DNA of 64,000 nucleotides from Vicugna vicugna (lineage: Eukaryota), in NCBI GenBank assembly GCA_013265495.1, contig MU057984.1:62001-126000 (forward strand), in the 5' to 3' direction. The position numbers were made by a program, and so were the translations under genes. Positions 35,837-49,937 of this stretch are shown in pieces; the stretch's first letter is position 1; the number at the start of each line of letters is the position of its first letter. Under the pieces are notes generated by a model. It did no database searches. It saw only the letters and a program-made list of their open reading frames with translations, and was not told the DNA's origin.

Positions 35837-37439
35837 CCAAAGCAAAACAAAACATAAAAACTTAGAGGTACAAAAATATAGAATATTAGAAACAGAAACA
35901 GAAAGCATCTTTGTGAGTTTATCAGGTCATTTTATAGGTAACTTGCAGAGTTCCTCAGTCTATAGAAATTGAGAAAAAAGGAATTTCTGATGTCTCAAAG
36001 CCAACTAACTAACTGAAGAGGACAAAACCAAGGTCATATTTTAGTGTTCATTCCATTAAAGCACTTGGCTGTAATTTAGAGATAGATAATATGAATGAGA
36101 TTCTGGAACACCCCATTTCACAAAATTAGCTATTGGGATAGGGCAATATTCATAGTTCAATTTTATATACCATCCAATACCATAAGACTGTTTCTGATGA
36201 TGTCATAAAGCATAAAACTTATGCAAAAATGAATTTCCTTTAACTTATACAGTATCTTTGTAGAAAAATTCATAGGTCTTTTTGTACCTAATATAAATAG
36301 GAAGCAGAAAAATAAAAAAGGAAGCTGATTTAGACATTTATTTTGTTTAAAAATTATATAGATATCACTATCAGTGCTTTGTAAACTTTGTAAGTTCATA
36401 ACAAGCTTATGGAGTTCTAGTGTCCTTTCTTTACAGATAAAAAAATTGTTCAAAGTTACAGTTTTCTTATGTCTTTGTTTTGTTATTTGAAGTTGTTAAC
36501 TGCATTACATTTATGGAATAAAACGTCCTTATTCTTAAGAAACTTAGGCAGAAAGTAAACAGCGGGAGATGTTTTCATTTTCATAAGCCATTCTGAGTGG
36601 CACAATTCAAAAGTTCTGAAATTACTGTAAATGAGCCAAAATCATCACCCGAGTTTAGCCTTTCGTAAGACTCGTAAATAATAAAGGAAGACTAGTGCTG
36701 CCTCTGTGATGAAAAACTGTTCTCCCTTCATAAAATAATGCTGAAATAAAACCCATATTTTTAGCAACTGAAATATTAGCCAACCTGTTGTTAAAATTCC
36801 AAAAAGAATCCTCATGCTGCAGGAAAAAGTTTACTGGTATTGCAAATGGCTCATATTTGCAGCAGTAAAAACCAAGTGTTTTTATCTGAGTGCAATGTGT
36901 TAATATCACTACTGAGATTCATCTTTGGGGAAAAAGCTAGAACCTAGTTTCCCCACAGACCTAACCCTGATAGAAAATCAACGTACAGAGACAATAACAA
37001 TAACGTTGGGGAAGCTGCACATCTGAGAGAGTCAATAGGGGAGAACAGCATCCCTCTGGCTGCTGACAGATTGTGTGAAGCAGGGGATCGTGATACAGAA
37101 CAATACCCTTCTACTGTGCACTAAGGGGTGCCGCTCAGGAATTATCACGCACTGGAAATTCCCAGCGAGCCCCTGAGAAGTCAGTAGGATACTTAATGAG
37201 CAATGAACTTCCTAAGTGGATGTGTCTTGGTCATACATTGTAGAAATGCCAATTGCTTTGCAAAAATTGTATCTGGCCTCTGTCTCCATTCTATGTGATA
37301 TTTGTCACAGGGAAACATGTTTGGCATGTCAACTGGCCTTGCAGAAGAAGAGACACTTTCAAAGATTTCTGTCAAGGCAGTCTAGACTGTTCTGGGCGGG
37401 AAATGGAAGTTTTTGTGTTCTCAACTGATTTGGGCCCCT

Positions 37440-37815
37440 TGATGGATGCCGCAGTGTCCAATTTTTCTACTGTTGGCACTCACCTCACCGTGCAAAGGCT
37501 GCTTGTGGCAAACACTTGCTACGTCTGCATGAGGGCTTTGTTTGCAGCTACCTGGGTCTCCCTAGGGGGCGGAACAAAGTGCCCAAGAGAGTGACTATCC
37601 CCAAGAAGCAGCTCTCAACCAGCCCTGGGCAAGCCAGCGCTCCCTAGGGGGACTGAGCTCCAACTGTCTGTGCTGGTCACAGCCTTACTAACACACAGCT
37701 TATGGCTTCTTCCCTTTCTTGTCTCACGTCACTATCCCTTAAAGAGTTTCAAAGGAATATCTTTCAAATAAAAGACTTGTCTCAGGTTCTGCTTTTAGGG
37801 AACCCCAAGAAAACG
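37440..37815 (+). mobile_element. LTR16-family ERVL solo LTR
   Basis: aagcagctctcaacc; cttcttccctttcttgtctcac; caaataaaagacttgtctcaggttctgcttttagggaaccc. Confidence 0.7.
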
Positions 37816-38835
37816 GACTTCCAGGGAGGGATTTTTACAGCCCCTTAGATGGGAAGTAATATCCCTCTCGGCCAGCAGGCCCAGAGTAAATCATATATCT
37901 TAATGTAGATAAACTTTTCTCAGGAAACATGAATTACGTCGTTTAAGAATCAAAGATCTCAGGGATGAATGTGCAGCTTAAAAGATATTTGAAAGGAAGT
38001 TCTGCCAGCTTTATTAGATGTAATATATATTTCGATAGGTGAATCCAAGTATCACCTGTAGAAGCAATTTATTTTTTTCACTTTATTGGCCTTTGCCTCT
38101 GTATTCCCTGAGTCATTTCTTCATCTGATTCATCAATACAGACTCACATAAGAGCAGAATATTTACCGATCAATATTTCTTAAATCTTGGGATTTGCATT
38201 CGAGCATTAGGGAGGGCAGGGTTCCTCGCGTTTAGATTGCTCAGGCCTTGCTGTCACCTCTTCCTCTCCACGCAGCATCACTGCCACTGGTGAAGCTCAA
38301 GTCTTTTAGATTGGGGTTGGTGCTTTTTTTCCCCACAATTATGCCTTTATAACCTGAGAAATATGTCTTTTGCACTTCTGGGTGGCCAGGCTGTCCCAGG
38401 CAAAATTGCAAAAGACAAAACTACATGCTGGAGCCCACGACCTCTCTTTCTTTACCAATTCATGATCCTCTCATTCAAGTACAGTCTTCCTTTCCTACTT
38501 TACCCTTATTTATGTAAGCAGATCTTTGGAGGAAACTGCCCTCAGCAGGAAACCCCTTTTGCTTTGTCACTTTAAGAAAGCTACATTATAACTAACTTAA
38601 ACATCAGGCGTCCTTATGTTTTTCCAACCTTTTGATCACACAATGCCTTGCCTAACTTGTTGATTTTCTCCGCAGATGAAGGAAGTAGGAATGAAGGATA
38701 AGTAATTCACAGATGACTGGAGCTCTTCCCTAGCTTTCCCTTCAGCAATCTCACGAACAAATTGTGTGAAAAAGACAGCATCTAAAGAAAAGATCATGAG
38801 AAGTCGGCACGCCTGCACGCAGTGGAGGATGGCTA

Positions 38836-39984
38836 TGGGACCTAATTAAATGTATAAGCTTTTGCACAGCAAAGGAAACCATAAGCAAAACAAAAATACA
38901 ACCTACGGAATGGGAGAAAATATTTTCAAATGATGCGACTGACAAAGGCTTAATTTCCAGGATATATAAACAGCTTATACAACTTAATAACAAAAACAAA
39001 CAACCCAATCCAAAAATGGACAGAAGACCTAAACAAGCAATTCTCCAATAAAGACATACAAATGGCCAATAGGCACATGAAAAAATGCTCAATATCACTA
39101 ATTGTCAGAGAAATGCAAATCGAAACTACAATGAGGTATTACCTCACACCAGTCAGATGGCCATCATTCAAAAATCTGCAAATGTTAAATAATGGAGAGG
39201 GTGTGGAGAAAAGGGAACCCGCCTATACTGTTGGTGGGAATGTAGTTTGGTGGAGCCATTATGGAAAACAGTATGGAGGTTCCTCAAAAGACTAAAACTC
39301 GACTTACCATATGATCCAGCAACCCCACTCCTGGGCATATATACAGACGCAACCTTAATTCAAAAAGATACATGCACCCCAATGTTCATAGCAGCACCAT
39401 TTACAACAGCCAACACATGGAAACAACCTAAATGTCCATCAACAGATGACTGGATAAAGAAGCTGTAGTATATTTATACAATGGAATACTACTCAGCCAT
39501 AAAAATGATAAAATAATGCCATTTGCAGCAACATGGATGGACCTAGAGATCCCCATCCTAAGTGAAGTAAGCCAGAAAGAGAAAGAAAAATGCCATATGA
39601 TATCACTTACATGTGGAATCTAAAAAAAAGACAAAAAAAAAAAGACAAGTGAACTTATTTACAAAGCAGAAGCAGACTCACAGACATAGAAAACAAACTT
39701 ATGGTTACCATGCAGAGGGAAAGGGATGGGAAGGGATAAATTGGGAGTTCGAGATTTACAGATACTAATATATAAAAAAAAAACAAACAAGTTTATACTG
39801 TATAGCATAGGGAAGTACATTCAATATCTTATAGTAACTTATGGTGAAAGAGAATATGAAAACGAATATATGTATGTTCCTATATGACTGAAGTATTGTG
39901 CTCTACACCAGAAATTGACACAACATTGTAAACTGACTATACTTCAATAAAAATATTTTTTAAAAAAGCAAAAAATAAAAAAAA
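38836..39984 (+). mobile_element. 5'-truncated, relatively young camelid-type L1
   Basis: ORFs 39062-39468 (ORF2 C-terminus), 3' UTR, aataaa and A-tail. Confidence 0.95.
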
Positions 39985-40425
39985 GAACTGCTTCTGCAAC
40001 ATCCTCTAAGTTTTGCACATAGTATTTTCATTTTCGTTTGTATCAAGATTTTTTTTATTTCTTCTTTGATTCACTGGTTGTTCAGGAGTGTTTTATTTAA
40101 TTTCCACATATTTGTGAATTTTCCAGTCTTCTTATTATTGATTTCTAGTTTCATACTTCTGTGGTTGGAAAGAATAGATGGTATGATTTCAATCTTCGTT
40201 TATTTTTTTTACTGAGGTATAGTCAGTTACAATGTGTCAATTTCTGGTGTACAGCACAACGTCCCAGTCATGCATATACGTACATGTATTCATGATTCAA
40301 TCTTCTTAAATTTGTTAAGACTTGTTACGTGACCTAACATATGCTGTATCCTGGAGAATATCCTATGTGTGTTTGAGAGGAACAGACATTCTGCTGCTGT
40401 TGAATAGAATGTTCTTTTATATTTA
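39985..40425 (-). mobile_element. Old L1 ORF2 (endonuclease) fragment with nested young L1 3' end at ~40198-40291
   Basis: tttaatttccacatatttgtgaattttccag...tcctggagaatatcc; nested insert flanked by TSD ttcaatcttc (40188-40197 and 40296-40305). Confidence 0.85.
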
Positions 40426-40907
40426 GTTCCTGGAGACTTTACACTGCCCTGCACAAACAAATCCTCATTTTTAAAAAGAACCCGCTGTATGTTAACAACC
40501 CCTTCTCCTTAATGTGATAAAATAATTTTCAGAGCCCTGTGAAATAAGGTAGGCAGCACCCATGAATTAATCTGCTTGCTGCCCGCTAAGGAAAAAAGGA
40601 ATCCAACTATTTATAATACTTCATGTAACTTTTGGGCTAACCAATGTTTTCTCTGAAAATAGCCCACTGCTCACTAAAAATATTGCCCAGGGATGGAAAA
40701 GTCTTACTTTTGTCTTTCCCATGGAACATCATTTCAACCTGTCTTTTCAAAAGTTTGGAAATCAACTTGATTTAAAAAGAAAGTAATCTCAAAAAAAGAA
40801 CATTAAGTAAGATATTAAGTAGATCTATTCTTGCTTTTTATGCAGCCCAGTATGCATCTTCTGGGCATACCTTCTCAACTACAATGTTAACTTTAGCAAG
40901 CGCCCTT

Positions 40908-41062
40908 GGCAAGGGCTTTCCAAACTGCAATGTGCACAGAAAGACATATGTAAACATGCAGATTCTGATTCAGTGGCTGTGTGGGTGGGCCTGAGACTCA
41001 GCATTGCTAACAAGCTCTGAGGTGATGTTGGACGACGGGCCCTACTTTCAGTAGTGAGCAAC
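40908..41062. mobile_element. MER5A-like MITE
   Basis: aacatgcagattctgattcagt...gggcctgagactcagcattgctaacaagctctgaggtgatg. Confidence 0.85.
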
Positions 41063-43578
41063 TAACTAGACCTGCTGAAAAGACATATTCTGCCCAAACT
41101 CTGGTAGGAATGAACTACCTCAACCTTTATCACTTTCCATTGTGTTTTAGTTTGGCATAAGCAAAAGTGACCCACTTTGGGATACAGTTATGGAATTCAA
41201 CTGTATCTTTAAGTGTTCTGAGGCAGAATCAAGTGTCATCCTTTTTTGTCAGCTTTGAACAAAATTTGGACTCTCTCTTCTTACAGCCTGAGTTAACCAT
41301 ATTTAGTTTTTGCACTTAGATTGCTTTGAATTGGTCCATACCAGGGGACTCCCTGCCTCCTCCCTTTCTTGCTCCCAGACTTGCAGGAACTCAAACACCT
41401 GCATATAGCATGGGAGCCACATTCTTTTGAAAATCCTACAGCACATACTCAAAAGGAGAAGCAAACTGTGAAATGTGTTTGAGGCCTGCTATCTGCCTCC
41501 GTCTCATCCCTGTTAACTTTCATTGGACACAGGGGAGCCCAGGCTTTTCTGATTGCTGTATCCCACAGATACTCCACTAGAAGCTGGCGACTGACTCTTC
41601 AAATGGTCCTTCACTCTGACCGGGGTCTTTCTCTAGCTCACTGCCATTTGCAGTACTCTGCCATGTTGAGTATGGCAGTATTTTGAGTAATCGTGGTAAA
41701 GAAAACAAAAAAAAATGTTGGAGCAATTTCTACAGCAAAAAGCTATTCAGATTCTTTTCCTCCATCAATACAAGAAGAGAAGCCATTAAAATCGAGTTGA
41801 TTGGCCTTATAAAACTTTCTTATTTAGAGGATAAGCATGTAGCTAACAAATTCTGTTCCCCCAATATGATGTGTCTCCTTAAGGGACCAGCAGTACACAT
41901 GATTTTAGGAAGAGATGAGGAGGAATAAGAGAAAAGGGTGGCACTGTTTACTAGAAAGGCCATAATTAACTACGCAATACTATCTGGTAGGTCTCCTCTG
42001 TGCAAGGGATGCCATGAAGAATGTGCTTTGAGGTGACATAATTGGCAGGACATACACTGCCCACAGCACTGGAGTGCTATAAAGAAATGGCATTCCTAAC
42101 AAATTTTTATAAAAATGCTAGAGCCGATGCATTTCCTGGGCATTATTAGCGTGAGTCTGAAAATCACTGACAGCTAAGTCAGAACATTATTTGTGTTCTT
42201 TGCTCTCTGGGCATTTCCTAATCATGAATAATAATTCCATTAATCATGCACTTGGAACAAGTAAATTATCCCACAGAACATCATAATCAATTGCATCAAA
42301 GAGCCTTCCAGGAAGCCCCCGTGCGTCTTTGTTTCAGCTTCCCCACTAGCAGCTCTCCTGGTACCTTCAGGAAGTCGAGAGTCAGTGGCTGTCTCCTAGC
42401 AATGAAAGGCATCCATTTGTGGACACCCTCGGAGATGAAGCCACATCCTTTGTAATAAGCGATTCTTATTCACTTAGGTTTAATGACAGCCTCATGACTC
42501 GCCAGCCTTACCCTGCAGATGACCACCAGGGGATGCTACCGGCTAACAGTGATTATTTGCTCCCTCTTCCAAAGTTTGCAAAAGACAGGTCCTTCTTTGG
42601 CAGCTACTAAGAGTTTCTGATCTTCATGTTTCATCCCAGCTATCATCTGGCCCTCCCTATTCTATTTAGATGTCCTGATCTTGTATGTAAGCATCCCACA
42701 ATCATAAAATTATCCTCAGTCCACTGACAAAAGGAAAGTTGTTATTAAAGTTACTCAGAGGAGCCTCCCAACCTTCAAATTTTGGTGCACTATTATTTTC
42801 TATAGCCTTCCTGCTTTCCTCCCTCCCTCCCTTTCCTTCCTCCTCTCCTAAATTTGTGTTCATATATGAGTGCTTGACTCCTTCAATCTCTAACACATCT
42901 TGCTGCCAGCCATTCTTAGGTAGTGCTGGAAATAAGATAAGCTTTCTGGAGATGTCACTGGAGTGGGAGGTCCTAGAAAAGTGGTGGTTCATTTTTTAAA
43001 AAATACTATAATTCTCCACATTTCTTTTATTATCCCTTATTATAGCAGATTTTATTCCTTCTTTCATAAAGAAAATAGACGAAATACACTGATTTCCAAA
43101 CCAAATTCAGAATCACCAGCAAAAGCAAGCAACACAAAGCCTGTTTATATGGCTGTGGAAGGAAAGGAATAAGGTAAAACCTTCTGTAATCAGTCATTCT
43201 ATTACATACAAAAGTTATTGTCATCCTTCTGGGCAGCAGCTGTCCTGCCAGCTCTGTAATTTTTTTTATGTGGGGTGAGAAGGGAAAGGGAACATCTAAA
43301 TATAAATAAAAGATATTCCTTTCTGTCAGAGAATCAGTGCTTTGTCTGATCAAAAAGAAGCTGAAATGTGACACAGAATCGAGTCAAGTCACACAGTGTC
43401 TCCAGCTCCATGTTTACTAGATTGTCGCCTCTTAACCACTGCACATGCTGGGTATCCACGCGGTACCTGGCTGTAGAGAAGCGGGGGATGAATATCTAAT
43501 GAGGCATCACAAAGCACTTACTACACTTGTAAAATTAATAGAAAAGCTGGGGCTGCAGAAATGGAACGTGTGATCAGG

Positions 43579-44390
43579 CGTGGCAGCCAGGGAGATGCAC
43601 AGCTCAGTCTCCTTTCAAGAGAGAACTGCTGTCCAGCTGCAAGGGGCGCGGCTGGCCGACAGCCTCGAGCTGCACTGCCTTCAGGATCCACCTCAGGTGT
43701 TATGGACTCAATGTTTGTATCCTTCTAAAATGTATCTTTCTAAAGGTTGAATCCTAACCCTCCATGTGATGGTATTAGATGGTGGGGCCTTAGGGAGGTG
43801 ATGAGGTCACGGGGGAGGAGTCCTCATGAATGGGATTAGTGCCTTTCTAAGAGGAGACTTGAGATTATTTCCTCTCCCTGCTCTCCACCATGTGAGAATA
43901 CAGTGAGAAGACAGCCATCTTCAAATGAGGAAGTGAGCCCTCACTACACACTGGAACAACCAGCAGCTTGATCTTGGACATCCCATCCTCCAGAGCTATG
44001 AGAAATAAATGGCTTGTTTAAGGCACTCAGTCTGTGGTGGATGTGTTGTAGCAGCTGGGGCTGACTATGACATCTTTCCAGCTGATGCCATGCTCTTCCA
44101 GGACAGTCCCCAGTCAGCGGATGTCGAGAGTGGGGTTGTGAAAGCCTGGTTGTTCATGCCCATTACAGGGGTCCACTAACAAGCAGTTCTCCTTCCCTAG
44201 CTCCCTACTGGGTTGCCTGAGACTTTGTCAGATCTGCATCATGGTCTAAGGCTTTCTCTGCCTACTCCCCCCCGCCCCGCCACTTTTATCTTTCTCAGGC
44301 ATTGTTCCATGATAATCTTCTATGCTCAATTCTATGCTCAAAGATAATTCTGTCTCCATGTCTGTTTCCCAAAGGACCCCAGGGATCCAC
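43579..44390 (+). mobile_element. LTR16A-like solo LTR split by an MLT1A LTR
   Basis: gtggcagccagggagatgcacagctcag...ttcaagagagaac...gacagcctcgagctg | gagactttgtcagatctgcatc...tctgtttcccaaaggaccc. Confidence 0.85.
43698..44072 (+). mobile_element. MLT1A-like solo LTR nested in LTR16A
   Basis: tgttatggactcaatgtttgtatcc...atgggattagtgcc...tgagaaataaat...gactatgaca. Confidence 0.9.
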
Positions 44391-44578
44391 TGTATCTGGC
44401 TAAACCTGTAACTAATTTAAGGAAAAATATAAATGATTTAAAATCAAAGCCAGAGATTATAAAATGTCTACAAAGTTCTCCACCCCTAAATAAATTTTAT
44501 TTCCCTAGGAAAAGGAGGTTTGTTTTACTAGCAAATAACCAAGCCTGTGTAAATGTCTTTTTGGGGAGTCTCAACCAG

Positions 44579-44794
44579 CAATGGTATTATAACAAGAGGG
44601 AGGTTTGGTAGAGACTGTTCCAAGTGCAGGGAGTACACTGTCTCTGGGGAAACTGCAAAGAATAAAAGTCAACTAAGATTTTTTTATGCTTTTAATCAGC
44701 ATGTGCCAAGTAATTTTTTAAAATGCCAGTGATAAAACGGTTTTCCCTGACAGGGCAAAATGCCCTCATGCCTCCCACCTCAGTAACACCACTG
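44579..44794. mobile_element. hAT-Tip100-like MITE
   Basis: Imperfect TIRs caatggtatta / taacaccactg; degenerate 8-bp TSD tcaaccag/tgaactgg. Confidence 0.55.
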
Positions 44795-45164
44795 TGAACT
44801 GGTTCAATTATAAGTGTGAAATAGTCTTTCTTTTAACTACTTTCAACTCTGAAATCTCAAGTTCTCCCTCTTCCAGTCCCTTATTATATAACTGGGCAAA
44901 TCTGCATATTAAATATTATCCTTCTTAAAACTCTGATATTCTGGTTATTATTTTAAATATCCTACAGTTAACACTGGGTTTGTGTGTCAAGAGGACTGGA
45001 GTGATAGGGGTTTTGGTCTGTGCCCCTTCTCACTTTTCCTTCCCTCAATGTAACACTTTATATGTGTGTATGTGATGGGAGGGTCTGGGATATTCCTTTT
45101 GTCCTTGATGTTTCCTCCCTGTTTCCAAATCTCAAGGAGCTACATTTGTAAGAGCGAGGTAGTA

Positions 45165-46620
45165 CATTCCTGATTTGTATATTCTATGTGTATTGTATAT
45201 TCTATGTGTATTACAGTGCTATAGTAATCATACTAGTACACTACTGGTATAAAGACATATAGATCAATGGAACAGAATAGAGAGCCCAGAAATAAACCCA
45301 TGCATACATGATCAACTGATCGACAAGTGTGGCAAAAATAGTGAGGAAGACTAGTTATTTCAACATATGGTGATGGGAAAATTGGATATCCACATGAAGA
45401 TCAACAAAATAGAAACCTTAACTTATGCCATACACAACTTATGCCATGTACAAAAATCAACTCAAAATGAAGATTTAAACGTAAGATGTGAAACTGTAAA
45501 ACTTAGAATAAAACATAGGAGAAAAGATTCATGACACTGAATTTCACAACGATTTCCTGGATATGACACAAAACAAGGAGTAAAAGCAGTAATAGACAAG
45601 ACAGACTCCATCAAACTGAAAAGCTTCTGCACAGCAAAAGAAACAACAGAATGAAAACCCAATATAAGGAACTAGATAAAATATTTGCAAACCATGTATC
45701 TGATAAAGGGTTAATATATATTAGGAACTCCTGTAACTCAACAGCAAAAACCCCTAATAACCTGATTTAAAAATGGATAAAGAACCTGAATAGATATTTC
45801 TCTAAGGACGACATACAAAGGGCCGACACATATGAAGAGATGCTTGAGCTCACTAATTATCAGGGAAATGCAAATCAAAACGACAATGGGACTTCACCTC
45901 ATACGTGTTAGGCTATTATCAAAAGAATAAGATACAACAAATGTTGGTGATGTTGCGGGTCAATTGGAACCCTTTTACACTGATGATGGGAACGCAAAAT
46001 GGTGCAGTCACTTTTGAAAACAGTATGGCAGTTTCTCAAAAAGTTAAAACTAGAGAAATCTTATTATCCACCCATCCTACTTCTGGGTATTTATCCATAA
46101 TAAATTTCAGGACATATTAGCAGTCCCATGTTTTCATTCTAGCCTATTCACAATAGCCAAAATACGGAAACAACATAACTGTCCATAGATTAATGAATAA
46201 AGAAAATGTGGTCTATACATACAACAGATTATCATTCAGCCTTTAAGAAGGAAATTCTGCAGTATGTGACATCACTCATGAACCTGGAGGACATTATGCT
46301 AAGTTAAATGATAGTCACAGAAGGACACATACTGCATGATTCCACTTATATGAGATATGGAAAACAGCCAAACCCGTGCAAGTAAATCATGAAATTGTGG
46401 TTTTCAGGGGTTGAGGGGAAGAGTAAATGGGGGTGCTGATAATCAATAGTTACAAAATTTCAGTTATGCAAGATGGATAATTTGTAGAGATCTGCTGAAC
46501 AATATTGTGCCTAGGGATTATGATAATAATATATTTTACACTTAAATTTTTGTGAAGTGTTCTTAAGTTCTTACATTAAATGTTAACTGTTGTAACCACA
46601 ATAAAATTAGTAATAAAAAG
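45165..46620 (+). mobile_element. L1 (L1MA/MB-type) ORF2 3' part plus 3' UTR
   Basis: gatcaatggaacagaatagagagcccagaaataaaccc; aagcttctgcacagcaaaagaaac; tttcagttatgcaagatg...accacaataaaa. Confidence 0.92.
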
Positions 46621-46621
46621 A

Positions 46622-46748
46622 AATCCATCTTGCGGGCACCCTGATCTTGGTCTGCCAGCCTCCAAAATTGTGAAAAAAATTAATTCTGTTATTTAAGCCA
46701 CCTAGTCTGCTCTTTTTTTTTATGGCAGACCGAATAGACTAATATACC
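46622..46748 (+). mobile_element. MLT1 LTR 3' fragment
   Basis: gcaccctgatcttgg...cagcctccaaaattgtg...tttaagccacctagtct. Confidence 0.8.
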
Positions 46749-48639
46749 AGGGAAATCACCACCATGTTGTTTCTCAAATCCCAAGGTCCCCAGTCACCTC
46801 ACTGTTTGGCTGTCAGAGTGTCTTCCTATGCTTGTTTGTTTTGTTAAGTTCAGGGCTTCCAGTTATAAGACTGAAGACCTAGAAGAAAGGGGGTTTCCCC
46901 ATCTTGCTGGGAACTGGAAGTCTCTTGCTCTGTTCTCTGAATGCAAACTATTAAGGGTCACCAGGCAGATGTATGGGATGACTACATTATGCGAACACTT
47001 TTCCAACTTCTAACAATCAGATGAAACAGGCATATCTCAGATGTGTGTCAGGATTAGGTATTTTTGGGAACCTCCTGTTCCTATCACTATATCCTCAGCA
47101 TGTTTGGGAATAAAATAAGCATCAGATTCAGTCCCCGCTTCCCTGTTCTCTGAATACTCTCTAGATAAGAACACCCACCTAGAGACCCTGACCAGTTCAA
47201 ACACCAAGACTTGTTTCTTCTTTGCTGGTTTGTGCATCCATGGGGATTTAATTTGCTTTATAGCACAAAATCACTCATCTGTGCCTTTGTTATAAATCTC
47301 CATAGGTGCAGCACTGCAAGCCTTACATTTGCCCCTTGTGTAGCTTAATTCCAGGCTACTGCTGTCAATATCTGCAAGGATTAGATAATAATTTTTTGTT
47401 TTCTTAGAAGTATCTCCTTTATCCACAAGACGCATTAAATCTATAAATAACAGACCATTATGGGATGGAAGGTGCTTCCTGTGGATTTTTAAAAAGGGTT
47501 GACCTTTTTTCTCAGGCCTGGATACTGTATTCTCTGAACCAGGAGGTCCCAGCACCTTGATGCTTTCCAGGTCTCCCATGAAATTGCTCTTTCATAGTGA
47601 CTGAAAGGAGTAAGCAGTAATGCTAAGAGCTGCCCTGGTGGCTCCCAGACCCCAATACTATTACCAGCATCTGTGAGGTTGCAAGATGTAATAACAAAGG
47701 AGTATCTGGCCATCTTCCTTGTAACTCAATCATATCTGAGCAAATCAGCTTCTAGCTTCTCCTACTTCCCAATGTGGCCCTTAGTTACATACTTTCAAGT
47801 CCAATATGCCTGATTTTTCTCATTACTTTGCTGTTACTTTACAATGCTCAGCCTCAGTAACACCCTGGCAATTAATTGTGGAGCTTCATAGAAATTATTC
47901 TAACTCCCTGACCCTTGGTTCAGTTAATCTCTGCCCTCCCTGAAGATAACACCAAGTAGCCAAAGTTTCACACTTTGAATTTTTAACATCTTTTTGTGAA
48001 CCAGAAGAAGGTGGTTGAATTGTGTGAACACCTGACAAGGTCTGGTGCTTAAAAGTCCTTTAACAACACTTTTTAGATTCACAATAAGTTCTTATCTATA
48101 AATAGTTATAATTAAGAGCATATGTGTTAAGTTTCTTAAGTATTACAGAAAGTCTAAGTCCATACTCTGCAAATAGAATGCAGAGCTATAAAAACACGAG
48201 TAAATTACCCCAAGTCATCTATGCTTAACAGTAAAACACCAATGACTATTGTAATGAAAAACATGAAATACTTTCTATTTGTGAAACAATACTTCCATTT
48301 TCAAACTGTATTTGGAGATGAAAATGAACTCTCCCAGCTACACACAAAGAACCCATAAATTAAAAACAATTGTTTAATTATTAGAAGTTTGCATAGGTAA
48401 CCAAGACTCATAATTTTCCAAGCTCTGTAGAGCAGTTTCTCAGAGACCACAGCTTCTCACCTAAGTTATGTGTATCAGAGTCATCCTCAAACGCCGAACT
48501 AGAAAGCGCCCAGGAGGCCATAATATCCAGACTTCATTTGGAGATGAGGAAACTGATATTCAGAGAAGGTAAATGGCTTGTCCAAGGTTATAAAACCAGT
48601 TGATCTTAAACTGAAATTCCTCTCTCTTAACTCCCAGAC

Positions 48640-49031
48640 TGTTGGTTTCAAACCTTGGGCGTTCCCTGGTTAAATCTGAGAGTGGCCTTGGTACCGGGAT
48701 GGCAAGAAGAAGCCAAAGAGAGAAAGACCACTCCAGACTGGTAGGCGGCAGGTTTAAAAAAACAAGAGAACTTACATGTAAGGTTTCTTTTCAGCAGCCT
48801 CAAGACAGTAGGTTTCTGCACCCGACCGCCAGCATCTTGAGTTTATACAGAGGCTTTAACGACGTTCAGTCACATATATGCCCAGATGTTTTTTTCAATA
48901 ACACATTACGATCTAAGGCTGCGTCTTTGAAGTAGCTCCGGGTGGGGGTGGGGTGTAAGGCACCTTTGATTGCGCAAGTCCAGCTCTAGGGTCAACCAGC
49001 GGTCACGTCCTCTCAATGACCTCCTCCAACA
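48640..49031 (-). mobile_element. ERV solo LTR (392 bp) inserted in a MIR (~48530-48639)
   Basis: Termini tgttgg...ccaaca (6-bp inverted), minus-strand TATAAA at ~48842; relatively CpG-rich. Confidence 0.75.
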
Positions 49032-49059
49032 GGGGCCAATACTATTTTCCTTACATTAA

Positions 49060-49252
49060 TAATCGATTTTCACGGTTTAGTGTATATCAGAATCACCTGG
49101 AGTGCATGTTAAACCCACAGACGGCCGGGCCCCACCCTGAGTCTGATTCAGTTCACCTGAGGTGGGACTCACGCACGTGCATTTTAAACAAGATCCCACA
49201 CAGCTGCTGATGCTGCTCGTCCCAGGAACCACTCTTTGAGAACTACAGCTCT
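49060..49252. mobile_element. MER5A-like MITE
   Basis: atcagaatcacctggag...gggccccaccctgagtctgattcag...tgctgatgctgct...actctttgagaactac. Confidence 0.9.
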
Positions 49253-49937
49253 ACAGTAGTTTCCTCTTCTATTTACATATTCTTATAACTTTTAAGGGCT
49301 TTTTAAAACTTCTTATTTTGGAGAATTTTGCGAATAAAGACTAGTGGACAGAAATGTATATGGAATCCCCACAAATCTACTGAGTATGACCAACCATCCA
49401 ACAATGGGCCATCTAAAGGACTTCTTAACGTACTTAACACTTAATTTTTTCCTGCACTTTCTCCTGAGAGACAGGCATTCTCAGAATTTCCAAAATGCTA
49501 ATAAAAATTGTATTTTGTATTATTACTCTACTAATTTTCAGTTTGCAGTGTTGCTCAGTGATGGAAATGAAGGCTCAGACGGTTATTAAGTCTGACTTCA
49601 GAACTCATCTTGACAGACACTATATTCAATTGTTTAAATTAAAGTCAGACTCACCAGATTTTAGGGCAAAAGCACGTTCCGGCTGCACTTAACTTTCATA
49701 TGAATAGCCAGTAATGGTGACACCACCTTAGCACTTGTGGCCAACTCTTGTGTGGTTATGTGGTGGCCCAGAAAGATTCAGACCTCCTTGTGGAGTGGAG
49801 GTGGCTGCATTTCCAGTCAAAAGTCAAACTCTCAGTATGGTTAATTGTTGTTAGGGTTAGACACCACCACCTGACTCAATTTTCGTGCCAGAGTATGGAG
49901 TTCTGCCTTCACTTAGGACCTGAGTCTCCCTGAGACT

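Noticed and set aside
47271..47579. 102-aa ATG ORF with LLFIDLMRLVDKG, faintly like CR1/L3 RT
   Set aside because: The diagnostic YLDFSKAFD does not follow; no splice or homology support.
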